A DNA stretch of 64,000 nt. Source: Octopus sinensis. Lineage: Eukaryota. Below are positions 36,990-52,094 of the stretch, one piece after another. The stretch spans positions 152,396,001 through 152,460,000 of the forward strand of contig NC_043000.1 of assembly GCF_006345805.1 (NCBI RefSeq). Reading direction: 5' to 3'. The translations under genes and the position numbers were made by a program. Each line of letters starts with the position of its first letter. Positions within the stretch are counted from its first letter, which is position 1. The notes under the pieces were generated by a model, which saw only the letters and a list, made by a program, of their open reading frames with translations, was not told where the DNA came from and did not search any database.

Positions 36990-37942
36990 AAAGCAAAAGA
37001 AAAAAAAAGGAACTGGATGAACAAATCTTATGAATCATATAAAAAAAAACAGGAACCTGAGTATTCTACTACACAAGTAACTAGACGACCATCTTTATCG
37101 AGTTTTCTTCCACCAAGAAGTAGTTTAGTCAGTCACTCGGTTTTAAATGTTTATGTTTGGATTGAGTGGGTATGTGTTGGTTTAAAAACCGTGTTTCTTT
37201 ATTGAAGACCCACTGACTCGTAAGTACACAAACTTGGGAAGTATGACAAATGTGAACTTAAATAAATACATGGAGAAACTTACTCAAGAAGTGGAAAAGA
37301 AAGTATCTGATGAACTTCCAAGTAAATCTTCGTTATTAATCGACGGTTAGACTAAGGGTTCGACGCATTTCATTGCACTTTTTGCATCTTATTCGTGCAG
37401 TTATCAAAATGTCTGTTGTACTGTTTTGCTGGCATTTTTCGCCAATGGTAAGTGAAACATCATTCATTGCTTCTGATTATGTCGAATTTATAGAGTACTA
37501 GCTTAAAAGCCGCCCGATAGCTAGCATGTAGCTTTTAAGCAACTAACCCCGAATGGGAAAATATCCAAACAGATCTCTGACTTGTTTTGGAAAATTTGTT
37601 GAAATTGCTTTCTCCAGAGTCATATCCCCATAAATGATCAAATTCGTCGCTAAAAATCATGTAAAAAAAAGTCACCGAAAACAATCGCAGTTATGAAAAC
37701 ATAAAAATCCAAAATTTCAGGATTGCAGGTCCGGATTCGGCCCGGAATGATTTTAATTTACTGATTCCAAAATGGTATGGTGTGTTGGGCTACGGCCTCT
37801 AAGGGTAAAGTTGAAAAAGTGTGACACACTGACATTCACATTTATAATATTAGCTATATTTAATTTTGGGGAAATTGTATTTCAGTTGAAGTGTATTTTA
37901 TGTTTATATATATGTGTGTGTGTGTGTGTTGTGTGTGTGTGT

Positions 37943-37974
<32 letters not shown>

Positions 37975-38020
37975 TACACACACACACGCACACACACACA
38001 CACACACACCACACACACAC

Positions 38021-38115
<95 letters not shown>

Positions 38116-38131
38116 TACACACACACACGCA

Positions 38132-38162
<31 letters not shown>

Positions 38163-38430
38163 CACAACACACACACACATATATATATATATATGTATGT
38201 ATGTATGTTGTAGTAACGAAAGCAAAATATAAAACAAAAATTATAGGGTTCAGTAGTTGGTTCAGTATGATGACCACAGGAGTTTCTGTCCAGGAAAGTT
38301 GTACATCATCTCCTTCTTTCTCTCTCTTATTATTACTCCTATTACCACCATCAACACTACTACTTTTAATGAAACATCATCAGCTCTCTCTAAATTTCTT
38401 TGTCTCTCTCTTTCTCTCCCTCTCCTTTTT

Positions 38431-38469
<39 letters not shown>

Positions 38470-38965
38470 ACCACTACCCTCACCATCTCTATGTCTGCTA
38501 TTACTCTCACCTCAGCACGAGGAAATTTCATTGAATAGTGAGAGAGGGGTGTCAAAGAGTGACACACTGACACAGAAATTAGTTTTCGCATTTACTATAT
38601 TAGATGTATTAAGTGTCTATAACAGAAATTTAGAAAATGTAGCTATTACCTGAGATAATACTGAAGTGAACAACTCTATTGCGAATTTGAGCAGAATACC
38701 ATTAATTGGATATGTCTCTCATAAATTCACTCTAGCTGTTTCTGCTTATCTCGACAAGCAAGAAGTTCTGCTTGATAAAAAAAATATGTTGATGGGCAAA
38801 CTAAAATCATTAAAACTTGCAGGTAAGCTTCGGGAAAAAACGCCTTTGCAGCCTATAAAAAGAAATAAAACCCGTTGGTCTGGTACTTATGGCACGATTG
38901 AGAGGTACGTCCAACTCGAGGCGTTTTCAGATTCTTTTCAGGGCGATCCAAAGCTGGTTGATTAT
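36990..38965 (+). pseudogene. hAT-like transposase remnant split by a Helitron
   Basis: ..WIEWVCVGL..FIEDPLTRKY, LLIDG*TKGSTHFIALFA, EFIEY|VLSVYNRNLENV, DN, GYVSHK (CxxH position) and NKTRWSGTY. Confidence 0.75.
37498..38604 (-). mobile_element. 1.1-kb non-autonomous Helitron with internal microsatellites
   Basis: On the - strand A|TCTAATATAG...CTAG|T. The empty site gagta+tgtatt gives the in-frame GAG TAT GTA TTA of the hAT ORF. Confidence 0.8.
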
Positions 38966-39491
38966 CTCTTACTCTTTTCTCTTTTACTCTTTTACTTGTT
39001 TCAATCATTTGACTGCGGCCATGCTGGAGCACCGCCTTTAGTCGAGCAACTCGACCCCGGGACTTATTCTTTTTGTAAGCCCAGTACTTATTCTATCGGA
39101 CTCTTTTTGCCGAACCGCTAAGTGACAGGGACGTAAACACACCAGCATCGGTTGTCAAGCAAACACAGACACACAAACACACATAACCATACATTCTCTA
39201 GAAGGCTTGAAATAATTTTAGTCTAAGATCTTGAATAGATCTTTCAACAACTGAATTTTATAACATACATTTTGGAAGATCTACAGATTCGGATTTCTTA
39301 AAAGGTCTTTATTGTTGTACTTAGAGCAGAAGACAGTCACCACTTGTAATGTCAGATAGTAGTACTGACTGCTAGATGTTGGCTATTATTTATAGCATCG
39401 GAGGTTACAGTTATACATAAGACGATGACGAAATCAGTTGAGATTTAGCAAATGACGTTCCAGCGAATCGCGAAATCGGGTGATTACTGAA

Positions 39492-39593
39492 TGTATGTAT
39501 GTATGTATGTATGTATGTATGTATGTATGTATGTATGTATGTATGTATGTATGTATGTATGTATGTATGTATGTATGTATGTATGTATGTATG

Positions 39594-39622
<29 letters not shown>
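39492..39622. repeat. (TATG)n microsatellite
   Basis: Direct reading. Confidence 0.95.
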
Positions 39623-39624
<2 letters not shown>

Positions 39625-41485
39625 TTCTTGCAGTATAAAATAACAATACATTTCCACAAGATGTAAATAAATATAACATCCTATAAGTCTACTTAACTGT
39701 TGCGAGATAATGCAGATTTTGTTAAACGCGCGAACCAAGTCTGAGAAAGTACTTCAGTTTTTGGTATTATATAACATAAGCAATTTTTTTTTTACGTATG
39801 TCGTACTAACATTTCTGGTATGTGAGGTTTATTTTTCTAAATAGACCTGCTCCTTTGTTTAGTTGGTATTTAAAAACAACTTCAATTACATATGATATAG
39901 TTTATAGAGCAGGGAACCAATTCTACTATCATGTTTTTTATGGATTTCATACACTCACTTCGTCAATTAAATAGTTTTGTGGAGGTGTCTGAACCATACC
40001 GTTTTGTTGATAAGATCGATTTCTAAGATTAAGTTCCTGTATGGATCCTGAAGCCAACCTTATTGTGTGCTAGTGTTGTGCTGAACACTTTTCAGTTTTC
40101 TTGGTAAAGAACTTGATAGAAAGATGTCTGCTTGTATCGTAATGTTCTTCGTAGAATTTCATAAAGTGATGTCGGTGTATATCCAGTTATGTATATGATG
40201 GAAAAAATAAACAAAACAAAAAGAAGAGTGGATTGGGATGAAATATTTGCCATGTTTTGGCAGTGAGTCTTGTATTATATTCATTGGTAAGGTGTAAGTC
40301 ACTGATAGAAACAATATTTGTGTCTAATTTATGCACAAGTTCAGCGTTTTTGAGAAGAGGGGAGCAGTCGATTATATCGACCCCGTAAGAGTAAAATGCA
40401 ACGTTGACGTCATCGGGATTTGAACTCAGAATGTAAAATACCGGGACGAATTCTGCACGGTCTTCCGATGCTCTAACGATTCTGTAAATCCATTGCTCTT
40501 AGATTATTTGTCATATAAGAACAAGATCTGAAACTGTGTAGAAAGAAATCAGTCAATTAAATTGACCTCAGTGCTTGACTGGTTGGAAAGCTAAGTTGAC
40601 TTCAATGGGATTTGAACATTTATTCCAGAAAAGAACTGAAGTAAATGCCTCTAAGCATAAGTCCGATGCGCTGACTATTCTCCAAATCCATCATCACTAT
40701 TTTCTAACCAGTTATAATCCTTTGTACTATATGTTGTAGGGTGGGGTCTAGTCAATTACATCGACCCTAATGCTCAAATAATTCTTATTTTATCTATCTC
40801 AAAAGGACGAAAAGTAATGTCGACCTCAGCTGAATTTCAACTCACTAAGTAAAGTCGGACGAAATGCTAAGTATTCTGTCTGGGTGCGGTAACAATTCTG
40901 CCAGTTCTTCGCCTTAATTTCAAGCAAGTAATAAATTTCGCTTCTCACATGTAGGATGTTTTTTTTTTAAACTATGGATGTGAGAATACAAATGATGTAG
41001 AGATATACGTGTATATATAGTTATATTTACCTAAATAAAAAATAAACATGCTTATATAAGTTCAAGACATCTTCTTTTCGTATGTATAAATCGATAAATA
41101 AATAAATACATACATAGATAAATGAATAAAGGCAATCAAACGAAAAGGAAAAGACAAGAGCTTAACTACCATAATAGTAAAACTTTCTTCTCTATTCCTC
41201 ACGCTCTGTGACAAATCCTTTTTGTTTTAATACTTCTTTCGCTTTAAGGCGGCAAGCTGGCAGAAACTTCAGCACGCAGGAGCCCCGCTTTGAAGGGGTT
41301 TAATCGAACAAATCGACCCCAGAACTTATCTTTTAAACCTAGTACTTATTCTATCGTTCTCTTTTTGTCGAACGCTAAGTTACGGGGACGTAACCACACC
41401 AACAGCGTTTGTCAAGCGGTGATGGACACACACAACACACACACATATATTATTATATAATTATATATATATATATATATATATA

Positions 41486-41851
41486 TCTCTCTCTATATAA
41501 ACGGCAGTTTGTCTGTGCGTGTTTCTGTGTGTCTGTTTGCTTGTACCCTCACCCTGACCACGGCTTTCAACCGATTCTATGAACTTGACACACACATAGC
41601 CCAATGTCATATTCAAAACTAACGCAGCGAAAATTTGAAAAGTTCCCCCAGTTCTGAAAAAAATCGATAATTCGACATGGGGTCGAGAATCAGAAACACA
41701 AACCGCAAACTGCTAGGGGACGCAACTCCCCTTTTTTTACTCTCAAAAAATTTACCATAATTTTTTTCCATTTTTGCTATTTTTTGGCTATAACTCTCTA
41801 AAATGCTTATATTATTTCACAAACCTGAGCAACGCCGGGCGATACTGCTAG
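41486..41851 (+). mobile_element. Non-autonomous Helitron (same type as 11133-11503)
   Basis: A|TCTCTCTCTATATAAACGGCAG start, hairpin and CTAG|T end. Confidence 0.85.
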
Positions 41852-42420
41852 TATATATATATATATATTCATATATACTACGTATATGTATATACTTACA
41901 TCTATACGTATATATATATATATGCATATGTGGGCACAGGGCGTCATGAAGCGTGTACAACAAAAAAGTACGAAGCATGAGTACATGGAACTATTCTTTC
42001 GAACAACGAAAGACACAAATGGAAAATAAAACAAACATAAAGAACGACTCTTCGTCAGTTGTTGGCTGTTTTCTAGTATCGTATTTTGAGCATTTAACAA
42101 CAATATACACTTTCGATAAAATACTTGCTCCCGCAAAGCAAATTTAGTAAAATTTGGGATTTTGCGGAGGGTCAAAATAGGTAATACAAACAGAGAAGTG
42201 AAAACAAACAGGAAGGACTGCTAAGCCTAAACGAGGTTGTGGTGGCAAACGCGTGAATAAAGCTAGGACAGGAGACAAACAAGAACACGCCTTCCTCGTT
42301 CCAGCTACAACGGAGAGAAAGAAAGATGGCCGATGGTCACGTGAGAGCCACGTGAGCAAGGCAGGAAGAGTGAGGGAGAGATTGACAGAGTAATAGGATA
42401 GAATAGTGGTAGAAGAATTA

Positions 42421-42694
42421 AGAGACGAGTTGAGTTGCAACAGAAAGAATTAGCAGAGTTCATTATATAAAAAGTTATTTTGGAAAGGGAGAGATACAGA
42501 AAGTATAAAGGGAAATATATAAAAATACATATTGGATGTTAAAGTTGTTGTTCAATTATACAACGTTAACTTCCAACAAGTACTTTTATTTTCATATTTC
42601 TCTTTATACTTTATGTATCTCTCCCTATCCAAAATAATTCTTATATGATAAACTCTACTAATTCTTTCTGTTGCAACTCTCTTAACTCGTCTCT
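42421..42694. repeat. ~110-bp inverted repeat with ~50-bp spacer
   Basis: agagacgagttgagttgcaacagaaagaattag... pairs with ...ctaattctttctgttgcaactctcttaactcgtctct. Confidence 0.85.
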
Positions 42695-42736
42695 AATGAT
42701 GGGATTTCATTTAATACCCTGAAACGGCTGTAAGAC
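42689..42736 (+). ncRNA. Degenerate minimal type I hammerhead-ribozyme-like motif
   Basis: GTCT-CTAATGA-T-GGG..13 nt..CCC-T-GAAAC-GGCT-GTA-AGAC. Stems I, II and III are discernible, but core G5 is A, so it is probably inactive. Confidence 0.5.
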
Positions 42737-42929
42737 CACCTTCCTCTTTATAATTGTTCTAGAAATTTCACATTGTCTAGGCCTTGTTATTTTATTTAAC
42801 ACACCACTCATCTTAGACTCCGTACTCATACTATTATTGAACCGGGAGTTAAACAGCGTACTTCCGTAGCACTTACATAGCCTTACCTGCCTTTTGGGTT
42901 TTCTGGATGCCAAAACCTCTCATATATAT

Positions 42930-43255
42930 ATATATTTATATTAAATTAGAGATAAAACTACTATTAGGCAAATCAAACATTGAAAAACATAAACCAATAA
43001 ATAGAAATAAATTAATTAATATAATATACAACATATAAAATTCAAAATTAAATTATCGAAATTTAAATTTAAAGTTAAAATTAAGAAAATATTTAAATTA
43101 TTAATTTATACTTATAAGTTTTTATATAATTTTGAATTTCATATTTTGTATATGTTGTATATTATATTAATTAATTTATTTCTATTTATTGGTTTATGTT
43201 TTTCAATGTTTGATTTGCCTAATAGTGGTTTTATCTCTAATTTAATATAAATATA
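42930..43255. repeat. AT-rich foldback (~120-bp arms) of a family also seen near 51300 and 54600
   Basis: attagagataaaactactattaggcaaatcaaacattgaaaaacataaacc is inverted at 43190-43240. Confidence 0.8.
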
Positions 43256-43557
43256 TATATTTATACTGTAAAATTAGATTTAATCCTAAATCTAATTTAT
43301 CCCTGTAAGTTTGGATTTACTCCCTAATATTATATATATATATATATATATATAAGGACTGCCTCAGCCGGATCGTGTTCTGCCCTTACCTTCGAAACAC
43401 GCATTGAGTCGAACCAGGGTCGGCTGATGAAGGGGAATTTTCCTTGTATTGTTTGTCCTGTACTCTGTTTTTTCGTTGTTAAAAAAAGTCCGTTTCCTTG
43501 TTTGTTTTTATGTTTTCGTTTCTCGTTGTGTTCTACGTTTATTTGTGGTGTCCTGTA

Positions 43558-43598
<41 letters not shown>

Positions 43599-43681
43599 TT
43601 ATATATGCATGTATATATACATACAGATGTAGGTTTGTACATATATATATATGTACGCATATGTTTTATTTGCTAAATTGT

Positions 43682-43724
<43 letters not shown>

Positions 43725-43849
43725 ATATAATATGTGACAATTATTCGGTTGTCATAATAAAACACCGAGTTTTGGATGTCGGGGCGGAAAATGCTATGAA
43801 AATGACCCTGAAACAAAGGGAAATTACTATGTAAATTACCATTTTTAGG

Positions 43850-45990
43850 ATAAAGAAAAGAGCTGTTAGAATGACCGTTAAATAAAGGGAAAAATACCCG
43901 AAGGGGAGAAAGTAAAAGATGCTCACAGAATTCACGTATGCACGCATGTACATACATACACATGCGCACACGCACACCCACGTACATGTGCCTATATGCA
44001 TATACTCACTCACACTCGTGTGAAACATACATGCACACTGACACACACACCTATATGTATACATATATATGCAACCGTACACATGTACACATATACATAC
44101 CCGCACACATGCAAACACGCGTGTATATACCCATACGCGCACAAACATGTTCATATACACGTCTGTATACGCACATGCACAAAAAGTGCAGGGTGAAAGA
44201 TAATATACAGAAAAAATATGTAAAAATATTTAAAGCAATAAGAATATATAAAAATATGTAAAAAAATATTTTAAAGAATAGAGAGAAATAAAATGCTTGT
44301 ACGTGGACACAATATAAAAAGCAGATTCTGTTTGTGATCTTGTGTGGTGGTGGTGGGGGTGTGTGCCAAAAACGTAACAAATATTTAGCCATATATGGAC
44401 ATGATCCAAAAAGTTCAGTTCTTGAATTTAGAAATGTAGTGGAGTCTAATCTGCTTTTTCAGATGAGCCATCTTTCCATATCACAAAGACCGCACTTTCT
44501 ACTACCGTTGGTGTAAGGCTTACACTTGTCTAAGATCTTCCAATGGATGTTGTAATTGACACCTTTTCTTTTAAGGACCATATATGACTGGATAATTTGG
44601 TCGTTTTTCTTTTATCCCAGTGTCTGAAGCTCAAGGTGTGATTGTTGAACCTGGCTTTAAAATTCCCCTCTGTGAGATCCACATATTTCTTTGACGAAAC
44701 TATATCCTTAGGGATTGTAGAGTCTATGTTGACTTCATAAATGATGGCTTTGGATATGCAAGTTCCATTTAGTGGGCACAAAATTATATCCCTGCATGAA
44801 CAGCTGGTTTCATTTTGTTGTTTTTCTGTGTTGTGTACGATTATATATTTAAGATTAGTAGTTGAGCTAAAACTGATTTTTAGGTTATGTCTATTGAAGA
44901 GCTTTCTGTAACTATGATTGATTGGAAAATGTCTATCTATAAATGATAAGAAATATTTACCTATATTAAAGGTCACTTCGGGGGAGTAAAGGGGTGTGAA
45001 CCAGATAGTTTACAATTCCTATGTTTCCTTTTCTTTATTATTGGACTGGTAACAGGTGTATAGGTTATTTCCTCACTAAATCCACTATCTTTTAGAGCAT
45101 TATTATATACTGGGGCAACACTATTAAAAATGCCCCTATCATAGGAGAGGCTAAAAATTCTTTTACTAATGTTTTTAACTAATTTTTTAAACACTATGGG
45201 GGGGGGGATGGCAGGAACCTACATTAATATAGCTAAGTCTATCGTTGGGCTTCCTATAAGGTTTGTAAATATTCTTATTTAAATCTAAGGATACACCTAG
45301 GAAATTGACAACCGTCAGGTTGGTATCTGTAGTTATGCTAAGACCAAAAGTTTTCATCATTTGGATAATGTCTTTCCTAAACAGATCTTGTGCTGGTCCA
45401 CTGGTATTTGCGGCTAATACTAGGGCATCATCTTTGTAAATGGCGAAGTATACGTCAGGAAAAGTCTTGCCCAACGTATCGAATAGGAATAGCACAACGA
45501 GATCGCATATGCCCATGCTCACATCGAAAGCACCCTCTGTATCGGTAGTCTTGACCCACTCTGCGTTCTCACTGAAGAGTAAAGTCTTTCTAGCATGGAA
45601 GATTATGTCCTTAACCTATTTACTGATTTCTATAAATTCGCTTGTGAAGGTGAGGGCTTTATCTCGCAGTTCCTTGGGGACAGAGGCATAGAAATCGACA
45701 ATATCGAATAGCGTAAATCTCGCTTTAATCATATTCCTAATGGCTTTAAACCAGTCAACGACTTCTATACTACTGGACCATTGTACTAACCTAGTAGCAT
45801 TTCTGACTATTGCATGTATGTGTTTCACGCGAGTGTGAGTGAGCATATGCATTTAGGCACATGCACGTGTGTGCGTGCGCGCATGTGTATGTATGTGCAT
45901 GCGCACGTACGCGAATTCTATGAGCGTTTTATACTTTCTCCCCTTCGGCTTTTTTCCCTTTATCTAAGGGTCATTCTAACAGCTCTTTTG
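43850..45990 (-). mobile_element. Penelope-like retroelement (RT plus GIY-YIG-type endonuclease), frameshifted, with inverted terminal duplication
   Basis: QWSSS..V.DWF, FDIVDFYAS, FDVSMG..ICDLV, IYKDDAL, VNFL.VSLDL, Y...S.HPP, CPLNG.C...IIY, Y..LTEG.FK.R..NH..SF and KCGLC. 43850-44035 is inverted at 45810-45990. Confidence 0.88.
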
Positions 45991-46134
45991 TTTGTTTTAC
46001 CACATACACTCGTTCTTTCATGTCCATCATTAGTTATTTGGGTCTGAAAAACAAACATCAAAACTACACCAGTATACATGTAAATTAATTAACATTTTGT
46101 AAAAACACAAATTTGCACAATTGATGCTTATTCT

Positions 46135-46357
46135 TATTTCTTCACTGCCCACTAGGGGCTAAACACAGAGGGGACAAACAAGGACAGACAAATGGATTAA
46201 GTCAATTACATCGACCCCAGTGCGTAACTGGTACTTAATTTATCGACCCCGAAAGGATGAAAAGCAAAGTCGACCTCGGCGGAATTTGAACTCGGAACGT
46301 AATGGCAGACGAAATACGGCTACACATTTCGCCCGGCGTGCTAACGTTTCTGCCAGC
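46135..46357 (-). mobile_element. SINE family B monomer
   Basis: One body plus a partial head; 3' end gaagaaata. Confidence 0.85.
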
Positions 46358-47427
46358 TTCATACTTATTCTTATGACTGTGTAGATACTTGACACCTGTG
46401 CTGCATGCATCATTTCATGACTCATTATATGGCCTGCATAATACCTTAATTATATATGCCTGATAAAATTTTACCAATCTTTTCCTAACATAATCCTGAG
46501 GTCTGACTCCATTTATTTGAATTATCAACCAATGACAACATGCTGCATATGATATTCATTAAAGATATTTCCTAGTGGTGTAGTCAGTTTCTGATTATTA
46601 ATATCTCTTATCATCTGCTATAAGACGAAAAAGATTGTTCATGTATGCACCTATCATAAAATTGACGAGTATTTTGTCAGCCCGCAGTACTGCACCCAAC
46701 TTTTTGCTGCAGATTTGGTGCTTTATTTTCAGAAGATGAGGTTAAGTGGATGTTGGTTTAGCAGTAACTCAACTTTATAAAATGCATTTGAGTCAACGAA
46801 TGTACGAGATCGCTGAAAATGGCAGCAACAGCAAGTGAAAGCTTACTCTATTGTTAAAAAGAAATATAGGAATGACACTTTGGATAATGTAATTCTAGAT
46901 GTACTTATATTGAAATAAAACTAATTAATCAGAACTGACCTGGGTATAAACAACAATAATACAACAGAATACAATAATAAGCACAACAGGTTGTGTGGGT
47001 AGATCAGGCTTCAAGAGGTTAGGTAAACAACGAATAATGTGATAGATGAGTAGATGTTGAGATGCTGGCTGAAGGGTTGGTAATTTCATACAGGGACAAC
47101 TGGAATAGTATTGTAACAATGACATTGACACAAAGTTACACTTTTTTCTTAGCAGTATTTTCGGTACAAATGAAGTGGAGTGAAATGTCTTCAGTTTAGA
47201 ATTGAACTGGCTTTACTGTGCCTAAGTATAGCAGCATGAAGTGATAAATGAATCTGGTCTTTAATATACAAGGTGATAAATTGTAGACAGATTTCAGTTT
47301 TATAAGACCTCATCAGGAATGCATAGTAGTTATTCTAAGGTCTGATGAGTACATGCTAGACTATATTTCAGACAAAGTGGCAGCTAAACAACACTGCAGC
47401 GAAAACTAATGTATTTCATTAATAGTA

Positions 47428-47814
47428 TACTCTTTACTCTTTTACTCGTTTCAGTCATTTGACTGCGGCCATGCTGGAGCACCGCCTTTAGTCGAGCAAA
47501 TCGACCCCGGGACTTATTCTTTGTAAGCCCAGTACTTATTCTATCGATCTCTTTTGCCGAACCGCTAAGTGACGGGGAAGTAAACACACCAGCATCGGTT
47601 GTCAAGCAATGCTAAGGGGACAAACACAGACACACAAACATATACACATATATACGACGGGCTTCTTTCAGTTTCCGTCTACCAAATCCACTCACAAGGC
47701 ATTGGTCGGCCCGGGGCTATAGCAGAAGACACTTGCCCAAGATGCCACACAGTGGGACTGAACCCGGAACTATGTGGTTGGTTAGCAAGCTACTTGCCAC
47801 ACAGCCACTCCTGC
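47428..47814 (-). mobile_element. SINE family A
   Basis: Near-full reverse-complement copy. Confidence 0.9.
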
Positions 47815-49008
47815 TGTTATGTGTACAAGTTAGGGTGGGAGCCGGCAAAATTGTTAGCATGCCAGACAAATGCTTAACAACATTTTTCTGGCTTTACATT
47901 CTGAGTTCAAATACCACCAAGGTCAACTTTACTTTTCATTCTTCAATAGAACTCTTCCCATTTCAACCATCAGGCGTGTTGTGCTTTTGACTGAATTAAA
48001 AACTTGACATTTGAGTCTGCAAATTTCTGTATAATGAAAGTAGCACACAAGGAAATAACCAAGTTAGCTGCTGAACATAGAGTTCGTGTTGATAGATACA
48101 ATATTATCCTCAACAAATTTCTGTATTTTATTTTAAATCAAACTAGTTGTTCTAACAGTTACTGAGATACTGTCTAGTGTTAGTGACCTCTTTACCAATT
48201 CTGGTAAATGTGTTACATACAGAATTGTGAGATTATTTAGCAATATTTCCATCTGTACATTTGAGGATGAAACTATTGCTGAAAACTGCATTTTTAAATG
48301 CTTTTTGTGGAAACATGCAATGAGTTACACATGTCAAAAATGCAATGATTGATATATTTTTTTCAGTCAATGACATACCAGCTTTTTAAAAATTCTTGGG
48401 TTTAAAACAATAACTTTCTCATTACTTTGAAATAATTTAAACTGATGTAACTCTAGAATGCATTGCTTAATACATATGAATTTTCATCAAATGAAATCTG
48501 TTGTGGAGATTTTTAAAACATGATTAATTTTGTACAAGTCTCATGTATGTGAGCATTTAAAGTAAAAGCCTATTATAAGACTCAATGGTTGATTGGATGG
48601 CTGTTGAAGATTCATGACGTGTCCCACTGAAAAAATTCTCTACATACATATTGGCAAAATGAAAATAACATCTTTTGAGTTTTATCCAGCAAAGCCTTAA
48701 ATGCAATTAAAAGAAGGCTTGGCAAAGAATTGATAGATATTATGTCCAGGAATGTTGTACAAGCAAATTAAAAGACAAAATAGTGCTTCTTTATCTTTCA
48801 AAATGTAATTTGCAGTGAATTTTCTTATTAGTGCAGATAGTAGTTGATGTATTTAAGATCCAAATGCTTTCTTCACTTTCCTGCAGTTTATTTTCCCATC
48901 CGAGGTTCAATGGAACATAGTAAAGTTTCCCCCTTCAAGATCTATCACAAATGTTGTACACTAACTCTCAATGTCTGTTCCTTTCTATTTGCAACATATA
49001 CACTGCTC

Positions 49009-49444
49009 AGGGCATTGAGCTGGCAGAATTGTTAGCACGCTGGGCGAAATGCATAGCTGTATTTCATTTGCCGTTACGTTCTGAGTTCAAATTCCGCCAA
49101 GGTCAACTTTGCCTTTCATCCTTTCGGGGTCGATAAATTAAGTACCAGTTACGCACTGGAGTCAATATAATCGACTTAATCCCTTTGTCTGTCCTTGTTT
49201 GTTTCCTCTATGTTTAGCCCCTTGTGGGCAATAAAGAAATAAGAATCGTTAGCACACTGGGCAAAATGCTTAGCGTTTTTACGTTCTGAGTTCAAATTCC
49301 GTCGAGGTCGACTTTGCCTTTCATCCTTTTGGGGTCAATTAAATAAGTACCAGCTACACACTGGGGCCGATGTAATGAACTTAATCCCTTTGTCTGTCCT
49401 TGTTTGTCCCCTCTATGTTTATCCCTGGTGGGCAATAAAGAAAT
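49009..49444 (+). mobile_element. SINE family B dimer
   Basis: Head plus body ending aaagaaata, then re-entry at agaatcgttagc within the head and a second body. Confidence 0.8.
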
Positions 49445-50339
49445 GAATATATATGCTGCTTCAGCATGAAAATACACCAATGATTAAAACCAGTAAAAGA
49501 ATAAGAATTCATACACAACAAAAATTATATATCTTGAATTTACACATCAGGTCTGTGTTATAATTTATCATGACACATATATATTGTTAGTTGCCAATTA
49601 ACAGTGAACATAACCAAAGCAACTTTGCAAAATATAGATTGACATTTACCTTGATTTTTCATTCATTTCTTAGGTGGCAGAAGGTTTGTAAGTACATCTA
49701 ATGGAATGTATGACAAATACCTTTAATATTAAATTTAATTTTATTCAATACACAAATTATTTTCATTGTATCAAATATTTTAATAGGCTCAGCTCTAAAA
49801 GTTGTTATTAAAAAGAAAATGAAGTTCCTAATTTGCACAAAAAGTAGTTCGTAAAAAGAAAAAGGACATGAAGGATATGACAAGAAGAAATTCTACTAAT
49901 ATTTTCAGAAATTGCAGTCTATAAAATGCTTACTTCAGAAAGTGAAATGCTGTAGAAAAAGGTAACACAGTTGAGTACCATAGTTAAAGGAACTGACTTC
50001 ATCCTGCCCTCAATAATTTCTGGCCTCCTGCCAAAATTAGAAAGAATTATTATGATTATTTTTCCAAGGCAATGAACTGATAGAACTGTTTTAACATCCA
50101 TCTTTATGTTCAGAGTTGAAATTCCACAGAGATCGACTTTGCTTTCATCCTTTTGAGGCTGATAGAACAAGTACTGAGGTTGATGGAATTGACTTACCCC
50201 ACCCCCTTGAAATCATTATCTATTCAGGGGACATTAGAGTGACAGAAAAAATGCTTTGCAGTATTTCCCCCCAGCTCTTTATGACCTGATTTTAACTATC
50301 CCTTCCAATTGTTCAGGATCAATAAAATAAGCACTTTTC

Positions 50340-51563
<1,224 letters not shown>

Positions 51564-52094
51564 CATGTGTCTGTATATATATATATGTCTTTTCTCTTCC
51601 CCATCCATTTAACTTGAATTTTCTCCCTAGTCTCCTTTCTATCTGTCTCCTGTATTTACTATCTAGAGAGAAAAAGAGGTAGAGGTAGTGAGAAAGAGAC
51701 ACATATATAGCCAGAGAGAGGGAGATAGTGAGAGATATAGACATAGAGAGGGACATATAGACAAAGAGAAAGCAGAGGTCTGGTGGCAACTTCAAAGGAA
51801 GAAATGTAATATACAGACTTAGAGAAAGTTGGAGGCGGACTGAGTGATATGCAGAGTATTTTTTCAGTCTATAAAAAGCATTATAGTGAATAGACAGCAC
51901 GTGTATTGCTAGAAATAGGATCCAATACCGATTCACTTCACACCCATTCTGTTTTCAGGAATGAGTGCACCGTTATCTGTGGAATGGTCAAATTAATTTA
52001 ATTGACATGAAAAACCTGAAATTTTATCAAATTTTATTTAGTGTTTTCAGCAGTCAATACACATAGGAAAAAAAATTGTTTGCTTTTTATAAGT

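Noticed and set aside
39411-40060. Possible - strand exons (NHPISRFAG..., SIQELNLRN...DE|gtgagt)
   Set aside because: Splice-like signals are present, but there is no recognisable domain or linked exon.
43385-43445. Type II hammerhead (CCTTC-GAAAC...GTC...CTGATGA-AGGGG)
   Set aside because: Stems I and III do not pair convincingly, and the related copy near 33000 lacks GAAA.
47281-47320. Minus-strand hammerhead-like CTGATGAGGTC...ACTGAAATCTGTC
   Set aside because: Stem II is only three weak pairs and there is no stem I; too degenerate to call.
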